Assembly: GCA_030141605.1 (NCBI GenBank)
Contig: JAQGDQ010000177.1
Span: 186,001 to 250,000, forward strand
DNA length: 64,000 nucleotides
Source of the DNA: Tubiluchus corallicola
Lineage: Eukaryota; Animalia; Priapulida
Reading direction: 5' to 3'
The notes beneath the pieces are model-generated. The model had not been told where the DNA came from. It saw only the letters and a list, made by a program, of their open reading frames with translations, and searched no databases. Numbering within the stretch: position 1 is the first letter of the stretch; every line of letters begins with the position of its first letter. The translations under genes were made by a program, and so were the position numbers. Shown here piece after piece: positions 41,161-52,699 of the stretch.

Positions 41161-42049
41161 AAGGCACTTCAAAGTATTAATCAAGTTTGTATGCAAAAAA
41201 TCAGAAATATGTTTGTTTAAGAAACTTAAAAGCTTTTATTGCTAAATTAAAGCACGAAACGTGATCCATAATGAAGCCTTAAACAGAGATATTGGCAAAA
41301 TCGTCAGTTAGTTTTAAATTATATTTCAAATACGCTGAAATGGCTTCACGAAACACTAATCTCGGCCAGCAAGACTCGTTTACTCATTTCCTAATGTAAA
41401 TTATAACATAAAATTAAACGAATTCTTTTCATATAAAAATAGCTTTAACACGTTTAAGTTGTGTTTTGAAATTTTAAATACGTTTGATATTTAACGGGCA
41501 CATAATTTAAGCGTTTTTCTTCATCTTCTATGTGCTTAATGATAGCCGTCTAATAATGCATTTTTAAACATAAACCGTAAAAATCAGTTTACCCAATTTG
41601 AGTATATGATGAAAATGTAACTTTTATTATGGTCAATAAACTAACTAACTAACTATATAGAAGACAACTCTACCTATAGGTCATTTTTCCTTTTACACAG
41701 TAGGCTGGGGCCTAGAAGACAGCTATATCTGTATGTTGCAGATTCAACTGAATAAGAGCTGCAAAAAGCTGCGCACTCTCTTCGAAGAGCAATTAGTAGT
41801 GTGGAAAGACGTTTAGATCAGGGATAGCTTAGTTTCTCTACAATGCTCCAAAAATCAATCATTAATGCAGCAGTGACTAGTCCATAACGACTGTGTTTGC
41901 TCCAGCTGTGGCGCATTGCTTGTAAGTTTATTAGTTTATCACCATTTTTTATAATAGCAAAATACGTAACTAAGTGATTTGTAATTCTGTACAACATACA
42001 ATAACATTACAAAGTGCAAAAGCGATTATGATTAGTGGTGAAAGGGTGG

Positions 42050-42554
42050 CGTATATATATAAGATTCGAGGCTACAACTCCGACGACGGCACCATTTGCA
42101 GTGATCTAGATAGCCAGTTCAGTGGTGGGTGTAGCAGGCGTATTTAGAATTTGCGAGAGGGCCATGGCGTCCCGTAACTCCCGATTTTTTTCCAAATTTT
42201 GACCAAACAGCTTGTAGAAAAAACGTTCTAGCGGCGCCAGGTGGGACTTTCGGGAGGAGATATATAGCTCTTTGGAAAGAGGAAGAACAGGGCTACACGG
42301 TGATGTGGGCTATGTTTTAGTACACGTTCTCCAGGAGGAGTGCCGACGAGTTAATTACATGTTCTATTTTTGGCAATTTTCGCTTGGAGAATTGCTGACG
42401 CAAAGCCATTGTTGTGACGTCAGCTATCCTACTCTGCTAATAACTTATTACTTTAATTGGCTTTGCATTATAAATGAGGACTATGTAGGACGTTCTTGTA
42501 TTTTCGATTATGAGTGTATTTATGCGCAAATTTTTTTGCGGGGCCTTTGCTAGT
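42050..42554 (+). mobile_element. Non-autonomous Helitron; further 5' ends at about 42575 and 44970
   Basis: 5' (TA)n-aagattcgaggctaca seen three times; 3' end gcggggcctttgCTAGT. Confidence 0.7.
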
Positions 42555-44574
42555 CGTATATATTAATTTCGCTGGTATATATATATAAAAGATTCGAGGC
42601 TACAGCTTCGACGGCAGCACCATTTGCGGCGATCTATATATCAAATGAAAGGTCTCGATCTAGTGTCCTGCCATTGGTGATTTATTTTTCGAATCGGGCC
42701 CACCGGAAGGAACGGGGGTGAAAAACCTCCAAAAAGGGCCGTTTTCGGCCGTTAATTAAGTTTTTAATCTACAATTTAATTATCAGAAACGCTTTTGCAA
42801 TATCAATTGTGTTAAAATGTACACTTTTTATCGGATTTGGGAAAGGGGTAGTATATGAAAAATCTTGCTGTCTTCCTTTAAGTAACTAGAAGAAATTGTC
42901 TAACTGTACAGCTTGATTTTTTAAGCTTAATGTTATGGTGTAATACTATATCCTGTTTTGAACTCTTAATTGCAAGACGTGTGCACGTTATTCTTCAAAT
43001 GACGCAAGCACTGCCCCTTGTGGCGTTTTTCCTCATTAATCAGATCGCCCCAACAAATAACTGATCTAAAACAGTGGGGATTTCTATTACAAAACGTGAC
43101 AAATTCTACAAACGTTTAATAAGCAAACAAATTCTGGCAGCTTAAGGGAAAATTAAGCTAATTTGGAGTTACAACGGGAAATCTTCGTCTCCTGTGACAA
43201 TGTTTTTCAATTTTGTTATCAAAAATTGTATGTGCACATTATGAAAAATGTAGCTCATACAGGCGGCATAAGAAACACTCTGCAGAGCGACTATTTATAA
43301 TGCAAATTCTTCATTTGGACTTCGTGCCAATTGGTAAAATGTCACTGTCTTACCCCAAGATGCACCACTCACTAACCAAAAACTTATTTTTAATCTTATT
43401 GACAAGATACAGTAATCTAAAACTTAGTTAGAACATGTATGCTACGAACATGAACATGTATGCTCTGATTATTTTTTCAAACTTTACACAATGTTATCTA
43501 AACTTGTTTCAAACGACCTACCATTAAAATGGCTGCACCTAACAGTCATCGCGCAAGTTTAAATTTACATGTTCTATACAGCGTTACTGCCGAGGCAAGC
43601 GCTGCATGCAAAAAGGTAGTATGTAAGTGGAGGGTTTCTGTGCTTTAAATTAGTATTCCACAATTTAAAGAAACAATTTAATATGCACAGTTGAATTCAT
43701 AACAGAATGCAAAAATATTTTCGTAATTAAAAACCGCTTCTTTAATGTATAGTAGCACTTTTTTCTCAAGTAGATCAGACTTAACACACACAATAGATGC
43801 ATATTAATTCCTGTTTACAATCACTTGTTTGCAATCACTAGGAAATTTTTTAAAAATAAGGCAACTGAAGCAAGTTAACAAAAGAATGTTTGAGCTACAC
43901 CTAATTTACATTTCCTTATGAATAACACACAGCAGTGTTTTATATTTTTAAGTATTTAAAATGTTAAACATAAAAACCTATAAATTAGGTCACATTTCAG
44001 CGCATTTTCCAACCGAGTTTGAAAGTGAATTTAAAATTAGTTGGTCTGTCCTGTTATTCGCATATAAAGAAATTTAACAAATAAGATTCTACAATGAATT
44101 ATTTCTCAAAATTAAAAAGCATGCAAAATATTGTATTAAACATATAAACTTTTAGGAAAAGTTCTATCATTTCCTAATAATATCACGTTTTGATACCATA
44201 GTTAAATAACGCGCCACAAGCAGTTAGTAGGAATAGTGCAGCAGCAGTAGCATACAACAAGCAGTTAGATAGCAACTCCCTTTATAAAGCGTTTAGCTAA
44301 CATGAACGCTAACTCTGGTTTCTCTGCAGAACGCATAAATCTTTCGCCTTTTACTAAAGATTTCCGTGCAGAGGAACAAATTAATGAGTATTTAATAATT
44401 TCTCTCTGCCTTGCTTTTAGCAAGGTAATATGTAAGAAAATGTCAATATTGGTTCTGAATAGAGTACAAATGTATAATAGTTATGAGTGAAACAAAATTC
44501 TTGCAGATAATTCCATAGATAAGAAGCCAGGGTTTACTGTATTTTATGCCAAATTTATGAATTTTAAACTGTTT

Positions 44575-44962
44575 CTTCTTCAGAGTCTCATTCCATCTAT
44601 TGTAGACATTTATCAGAGTATTCCACTCACTCCTAACAGCGCGAGTTCTTCTACTCTTAAAGATAGATTTGGTTGAGGTTATTGAACATCTTTATTCATC
44701 TTAGCCATCCAAGTTGTTTTTGGTTTGCCAGGTGGTAAGGCGTCCTTTAAGGTGATTTTTACTGTTGCTTCACTTGGTAATCTTAGAAGGTGTCCTAGCC
44801 ATCTTAATCTTAGGATCTTGTTTTTGAACTCCAAGGAACTTTTTTCTAGTGTAAAAATCTTCATTTTTGATTACGTATGGGCATCTTACCTTTAGAACTT
44901 TCCTTAGAAGACTTCTATGAAATGTGTCAATCTGCTTTTCTTGAGTAATCGTTAAACCCCAA
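44575..44962 (-). mobile_element. RTE/RTEX LINE 3' fragment
   Basis: LRLRWLGHLLRLPSEA...PGKPKTTW; copy of the 21.7-kb element. Confidence 0.88.
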
Positions 44963-45515
44963 CCGAATATATATATATATATATATATAAGATTCGAGGC
45001 TACAACTCACTATGGTTCATAAACGATCCTTCAGGGCAAGTTGCACTTACCATTGGAATTTGCTGCCGTACGAACTAAGAACATGCACAAATTTTGATAC
45101 TTTTAAATCCAAGTTAAAAACTTACTTATTCTTAAAATCGTTTTCTGATTTCTAAAGACTGTTTTAAATCATCTTTGTAATTTCATAGTTTTAATTGCAT
45201 AAATTATCAACTCGATTACATGCTTCTTAGAGATTTGTGGCTTAACAATACAATTTTTTTGATATTTAATCTAAATTTAAAACTTACTGGTTTTAACGTT
45301 TCTATTTCTTGAGTTAGATCTACGTTATACTTTAAATTTTTTCATAATTTTTTGCAAATTTATCGTGTGATGTTAGAATTGTAAGCGCTGTAAAGCGTGC
45401 TAGAGCATATAGATAGGAACGCTATAGAAAAGTAAAATAAAAACTTAAATTTGCAAACATCCCACTTTATAACTAAAAAAACCTGTCTTTGTACAATCAT
45501 CTGTAAAGATTTTTA

Positions 45516-45560
<45 letters not shown>

Positions 45561-45587
45561 TGTATATATATATATATATATACATTA

Positions 45588-46380
45588 ATTCTTTATTTGT
45601 CATCAAAATGGTTCACTCATTATAATAAAATTGAGTAAGCCTCAGCGTAATGTTAAAAAATAACAACACTGTTCAAGACAAATGAGTCCAGTGCATACTA
45701 AAAAAAGTAAAGTGCAAAACTAAGGCCTAATTATATACAATAAATGAACATATTTACAAACACCATATTAAAATATTTTTACAAAACAATATTACAAAAG
45801 TACATTAAATTTTACATGACATATTTTACCCTGTATATACATTTGACATGACACAATTAACAGAAACATGCTTTACATTACATAAATTTCACTCATTACA
45901 TTTACACTATTTATACATTTGACATTACAAAACTAACATAACACGTATTACACTACATTACATATTATTTTTAAAAAAAATTCATTTTTAATCGTTTTAT
46001 GGAGTCAGGGGCGGGGGTAGATGAAAGTTGAGACTGTGTAATTAGTATCAGATGCACAATGTGGAAGTTGAAACCTGTTATATTGATATTCTTTTAATTT
46101 CTTTTTAAAGTGGTGGAGAGATTCTATTTGTTTTATTTCACTGGGTAGTAAGTTCCATAAATGTATGGCCTGTTTTGATATAGAGTTATTTCCAAATTTA
46201 TTGTTTACTGTAATTTGCTTTAAATTGTGTGTTCTGGTGTTTAAGGTGGTATCAGGAATGAATGCTAAGGGATTGTTTATAAATGGAATGCTCAGTTTAT
46301 TGATATATTTATAAAGAAATATCAGTGTTTTGTAATCTCGATAGGCTTCTAATATTGGTATTTTTGTGGACGTTCTTAAA
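45588..46380 (-). mobile_element. CR1/L2-group LINE 3' fragment
   Basis: Minus strand LIFLYKYINKLSIPFI...AIHLWNLLP; 3' UTR similar to the 9-kb and 30-kb copies. Confidence 0.8.
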
Positions 46381-47216
46381 CTAGGCTAATGGTTATTCAG
46401 TGTAAGGGTTACACCAAAAAGCGAAAATGCGAATATACCTATAGAAAAGAAAATTAGTGTAATTAAGTTTTTAGTGATAGGTGCTATCTTTTGATGTACA
46501 CATGAAGTTGTTATCACCACAAAACCAATTTCTGGCAGAGAATTCCAAAGATAAGAAGCCTACCCGAAAAACCTGTATCTATAGGCAGTTGTTTTGTATC
46601 TAGAAAGGCCCAGGATCAGAAGTAGTAGTAAAGTGGATTGTACGAGCAAACTGTCAGCATTTAGGTACCAATGACACGAAAGACCCCCAGAACCTTTTCC
46701 ATTTAAGAAGTGGTAAAATAGGTTGTGTTGCAACTCGCCTGGCATTTAAAAAGATTGAAAATTTATTATTTTAAAGAAGCTTTCTGCAACTGAGCTGAAG
46801 TATTTGTTTGTCTTCTGTCTGGCATCTAGTAGTGCTTGCATTGTTCTAACAGAGTCTTTGTGTTTTTACGATTTTTTTATTTCCTTATGACATTCATTAG
46901 ACTTTTAATCAATTAGTGTTCTGCATTTTATGGATAACTAATTTATGCATTTTAGAAATGAATAATTAGACTTTTATAATTACGGTATTTTTATTAACAA
47001 TATTTTATACTGTAATAATGATTTTATGTATAAAATGCATTTAAAATATTCAATAAATTGTTATTATTATAATTAACACAGACCCTTGACATTGGGCACA
47101 AAATTTCACCATTATAAATTTTGCTTAAACTGCTGTAGATCCAAATGAATATATGAAAGTTTATTAATTCATGAGTTTGCACAATCTTTAAGCAATCATC
47201 AGTCTGGTGTCCTTAA

Positions 47217-47670
47217 AGTCAAACTAAACCCTCACCATAAACTTTTACAACATAAAATCGTGCTATCATTACGAATATTCCATTTATTTTTTGTGTAAAC
47301 TTACTGCAAAACTTGTTTCTTTTGATTTTTTTATTACTTCGTTGTTAGCGGTACTAAATCTGAAGAACCGCCGTTTTTCGTTGCACGGGACGAATGACGT
47401 AATGAGTACTGCCACGAGGTCACCAAAGATCAATTACTAAACATCGGTAACCAGAGACGCTTTCTATACTACGTACGTCATTCTCGCTCACTCACGCCAA
47501 AGGCGCGAAACATGGCGATCTTTACGGCAATGCATTCGTTCGAAATTCGCCAGAAGAAGGTAAGTCATTTAATTTACAGGTTTGTTTTGTTTAATAATAA
47601 CTGTGAATTCTTGTGTTATCATAATAATGCATTAGAAAAACTTCTAAATCTGTTGGGGATATATAGGCCT
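47217..47670. mobile_element. TTAA-flanked element, inverted copy of 16580-17037
   Basis: ttaa|agtc...ggcct|ttaa. Confidence 0.82.
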
Positions 47671-48103
47671 TTAACTCTATTTGGCTAGATGATGTATGTT
47701 GACTTTTCTGGGTTTCACTAGCCCAATAGCAATTATAATAATGATAATTAGCTAATATGATACAGAACTACTAGGCATATGCATATATTTTTCTTTTTAT
47801 TTATAATTTATTGATTTATTTACCTTGTTACCTGCTCAACTTTGGCATAGCTCAAGGCTCGGTGTGTGTTTATGTTTCACTTTTTTTTGGAAAGAAAAAA
47901 ATTCGCTTTGATTTCTATAAAATTTTTGGCATTTAGATTTTTTATAAGCAACGTGCACAATTGTATAGCTGCAAACAAAACCGAACTACGAAATGTTACT
48001 AAGAAACTTAGTTTAGCAGTTGTTGCGTTAACATTGGTTGTTACTAACATTGTGTAAAATCTATTACTGCTTGCAGTGAGGACACTGACGTCAAGTGCAA
48101 GAG

Positions 48104-49156
48104 ATGGATCCAGTAGACGGTTCATATAACAACAGCCAGATCGACGACAACTACAATAACAGCAATATACACCATCAAAACAACGTCTTTCTCGTAGTAA
48201 AGATACTAGCTAGTGTTATCAGCATGGCGCTTAATACCACAGTCATCATCACGATAAAGAGATTCAAAGAACTCCACACACTGACAAATATCCTCCTAGT
48301 GGGCCTTGCAGCAACAGATATTCTTCTTTCAATAAATTTTTTTCGCATGGGCCTTGAAATACACTTTGATCTTCGTTTGTCCAGAATGCACTGCACAGTC
48401 AACTGCTTCACTATCGGCTTCACCATATTCAACAGTGCAAATATCATCAGCATGATAACCCTAGATAGATACCTTGCTATCGTGAAACCTTTCGTTCACA
48501 AGTCCTTCATGAATTGTCGACGTTGTTTTCAACTTTTATTAGCGTGCTGCATTTATGCTTTGATTCTTGCAGTAATGATGTCAGTTCAACAACAAGCAAA
48601 CTGGTATCCTGGTTCACCATGCATCGCTGACTTTCTCGTGTGGAAGTGGTTTGCCATATTTCTTGCTGTTCAGTTCTTAGCACTCTTTCTGCTAATTGGC
48701 ATGGCATATGGGATCATAGTGCGATCTGTGCACAAGCAAAAGCGTACAATCGAAAACGCAGTGCATCGAAAGCAGTTCTGGACGCAGGTGAAAATCTCTC
48801 GAGTGGCTGCGGCTGTCGTCATCAGCACGATCATTTGTTACTCTCCTCACGTGATTTACACAATCTGCATCCAAGTCACTCAGTCACAGTATCCTTATCT
48901 TCGGCAGCTTCGAAGCGTCGGTTTAACACTGAACCCACTTAGCAACCCAATAATATACATGTTTCAAAGCGAGAGTTTTCGTTCCTGCTTCAAGAAGATG
49001 GTGTGTAGAAACCAAATTGGCGTGTCCGAGTCACAAACACAACCGATAAAACCGCCAACTCCAGCTGCCTCTTCTTACAAACAACCTTCAACATCACAAG
49101 TACGACCACCAGACGTGTCATCTTCCAAATGTCCAACATTGCAACTAAAACTCTAG
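48104..49156 (+). CDS. Rhodopsin-class (class A) orphan GPCR, intronless CDS, 350 aa
   Basis: Seven hydrophobic segments, N-glycosylation sites, LAATD, TM3 Cys, LDRY, ICYSP, NPIIY. First ATG at 48104; acceptor tgcttgcag ends at 48076. Confidence 0.95.
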   Translation: MDPVDGSYNNSQIDDNYNNSNIHHQNNVFLVVKILASVISMALNTTVIITIKRFKELHTLTNILLVGLAATDILLSINFFRMGLEIHFDLRLSRMHCTVNCFTIGFTIFNSANIISMITLDRYLAIVKPFVHKSFMNCRRCFQLLLACCIYALILAVMMSVQQQANWYPGSPCIADFLVWKWFAIFLAVQFLALFLLIGMAYGIIVRSVHKQKRTIENAVHRKQFWTQVKISRVAAAVVISTIICYSPHVIYTICIQVTQSQYPYLRQLRSVGLTLNPLSNPIIYMFQSESFRSCFKKMVCRNQIGVSESQTQPIKPPTPAASSYKQPSTSQVRPPDVSSSKCPTLQLKL

Positions 49157-52100
49157 ATATGTCTCTCCGGAAGGGGTTTACAATTCCCATACAGTTTAAA
49201 TACCCTGATCCCAACCCTAACCCTAATCCTAATCCTAATCCTAATCCTAATCAGATTTACGAACTAATTTCGTGCACACATCTTTTTTCGTTTGTGTGTG
49301 GTGATACGGTGCATCTTTTGGCTAGGCCCTTTAAGATGATAGACTAAATGAAAACCCTGAAGTTTGCCAACAGGTACTAATTTTTCATCATCCGAACTGA
49401 TCCGCATATTCGAATTACTAATTATTCGATAACTACATATTCGATAACTAACCTATCCGGTTATAATCCGAATCCGGAAGTCAACTTGAGGAAATATTCG
49501 ATGATATCCGGTATTCGCTATCCAGCAAAAAAATGTATCCGGAACAACACTATTCTATATCTGTGACCAATGTAATTTAGTAAATGTAAGCATTAGATTA
49601 GAAGCCACTGAATCTGAATTCTGGTTTCATTAAATATTATAAGGAATTAAAGAACAAGTACGTTAACAGGAAAAATCGCATCTCGTTGCAGACATACAAC
49701 TGATATGCAAAATGAATTTAACAAACAAGGTCGCGCACAACAGGACGAAGTTTATCAATTATTTAATGATTAATGAAAACTTAGAGGGACCGCAATACGT
49801 AATGCGTGGTACAAATTTCACGAAAGTTGCTAAAGACCTTGTAAGTTTAGGATTTCAAAACCGAAAGTCATTCTGTTTTACGTTTGGGTCTACACATCGA
49901 CAGCCAGTAGTTACATCCAAACACTTTTCCCACTACTTTAATGGACGATACCTTCAGATGGCTTCTGGTGTCAGTTCTACCTAGATGATGTCAGTTTGCT
50001 CCAGAAGTTCGTTTTACAGTCGTTTCTCATTCTTCTTGTCTCTGTAAGCCTTTCTAAATCCAGCACGGCTACAAATAAATCCATTTTTTTCTGGCGGACT
50101 TCTTAACATTGGAATGCTCTGTCAGATTTCGAAATTGATTTCCTGCATCAACAGATACCGCCCATCGTTAAAAAATTGCCAACAATTTTCTCATGACCTG
50201 TATGTCTATTTTCATCTTTGCCTTTCTCGTCAATATGTATAAGCCTAGTTTCTATATAAAAATATTGTATAATTATAGCAATTTGTATAAAACTACTTAG
50301 GACTAGTTGTTGCAATGTTGCAATTTTTCAAGCAGAGCTCATATTTTATTTACTTATTTTCGGCTGTTAAGTTATTCGAAAGCCGTTTTCAATTGCATAT
50401 TACGAAAAAGGGATAGCAAATATTTGCGAATACCAAATTTTTATAACTAATTGACAATACGAATGCCTGCAAAACTCGTGAATATCACCGGTTTCGGATA
50501 CGAATCAGATATCCGGAGCAACACTAATATAGAATATAGATATAGATATAGTTATAGAATCTAGTAGGAAAAGTCTTATTACATGATTAAAATAGTCACA
50601 ATGAGGTAAAATAACGACAAAAAATTCTTTAGAAACAAGATAACCATCGCAGAATTTAATTACAGAACAGTCATTAAAGTTTTTGATTCTTCCTTAACTA
50701 TTTATTGCTGCAGCTGTAACGCAAACCTATTGTGCTTAGCGGTTTTCTTGCACGGTAAACACTATTTTTTGAGATATAGTTATCGTGTAAGAAAAGACGA
50801 ATGACGAGTAGAATAAAAGGGAAACCAAGAATGGAAAAATGAAGGTAGTTGTGTGCGTGTGTGTATGTTCAATTCAATTCAATTCAAGTTGTTATTCCGG
50901 TGATTGAGACCATATAAAATATAAATGCAGTACTAAAATGAGATAAAATACAACGAAATAGAAAATAAAATATAGTTATGTATGTTATATATGTATCATA
51001 ACGTATACATTACGATAAATCTGTTACGTATGTATCACCCTGACAGAACTCAGCAAGGTTGTCGCCGTCTTCGTTGTCGTTGTTGTTATTATTATTATTA
51101 TAATTCTTTATGTAAAATTTAAAATTACACACGTGTACAATACTTACAAATACAATACGATTCAGAAACCTCTAGTTGTATGATATTGGACTGAATTCGA
51201 GTTGGCTCAGGAATCAGAGGGTCGAATTCTAGGATTGCGCGGCGGTCTTTATATTCCGCATTATTAAGATCCATTTTGTATCGTCGTTCTTTAATGTAAT
51301 TAATTAGTTAACTACAAAAAAATGTTAATCTTAATTATAAATGTTAATTAAGAATGAATTGTCTATGAACTAATAGCATATACCTGTTATAGCATGTCAT
51401 TTAACTCACACAAAATAGAACACAAAAATACCACTGTAACGAGTTTATTGCCAGCATTTATAACAAATAAGGGAAATAAAATACAGAAAAACTAACTAGC
51501 TGAATAACAACACTGAGATACTACGCCGAAGAGCACCTGTGTCAGAAATTAAGGCTGTAGTGACCTCTACACGCTTTCATACTGGCATTCCAGGTTAGCT
51601 GGTTTCTCACACCACGTGTAGACCCAAACAAGACCCAAACAATAGCACCAGTTTACACATGACGACCCATATAAATCTAAAAGTGACTAGAAATAGAAAT
51701 AAAAATCAGATGCATGTAAATTTGTTCTATTACGCAAAGTATAATAATTTATACTAACTAAAGTTTGCAAAAAATGATCACAGACTAATTCGGTAAAAGC
51801 AATTAGCAGGTTTTTGTCACGAGTGGTGAAAATTTTATTAATGTTCTAAGATTGTAAGATATCTGCGAGCGTTAGCCTTTTCATCTACCAGCGTAGTATT
51901 AAAAAGCAATTGTTCAACTGTTTGCGCATCCCCTAAATTTATACAAGCATTATCATTTATGTATCCAATTCTAAACAGAAAATCATTAAGTTACCTTTCC
52001 TAGAAACCTGCTACAGTTTTTCTAGAGGTCTGCTACCTACCAAGCAGATAAGGAGTCTGAGAGATTCCAGCAAATTTGCAGCAAAAGCTGGATTAATACT

Positions 52101-52215
52101 CGATTTAAAACAAGATTGATAAAATTACTCTAAATACAGTTAATACACAGCTTTTAAAATATATATAAAGCACATTATTTAAAATTTTAAACATGAAATT
52201 TAAAGATTACTAAAG

Positions 52216-52602
52216 AATAAGCCTTTTCACAGTTTCGTTGTCGCAGGCGCAGTTGCTGTCGGTCAAAGGTTAAGCGTATCATAGCAATGTGTCTTAACCG
52301 TCACGCGACATGTGGGTAAAGTATATCTGTCTGTCGCATCAGTTCAGTAGTTATAGTTGCTACGCCACTTCCTTGTTGTTTTACGTGCACTTTACTTATT
52401 TATATATTAGTCTGCACATGAGAGTGATTTACTAGCACGGAACAAAAAAAAACAAGGTTCTGACTAGCTGTTAAAATGGTTACTATTACAATAGCTTGAA
52501 CTGCGAGGCGTTGTCAAGTGTACACAAATACGTTGTCTGGTACACTTAACCTTTGACCTTTTCGCGATCATCATCAATCGCCGAAACTGTGAAAAGGCTT
52601 AT
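52216..52602. mobile_element. MITE, copy of 21263-21641
   Basis: aataagccttttcacagtt...aactgtgaaaaggcttat. Confidence 0.88.
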
Positions 52603-52699
52603 ATGAACAGATATCTGTACAAAACATGCTGCGGTTCGCCAAGTACAAAGGAAGAGACTTTGACAGCTAAATAAACAATAGGGAATAAAACTTTTTTAT

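Noticed and set aside
49202-49251. Telomeric repeat
   Set aside because: Only two CCCTAA units among CCTAAT hexamers; a short interstitial simple repeat.
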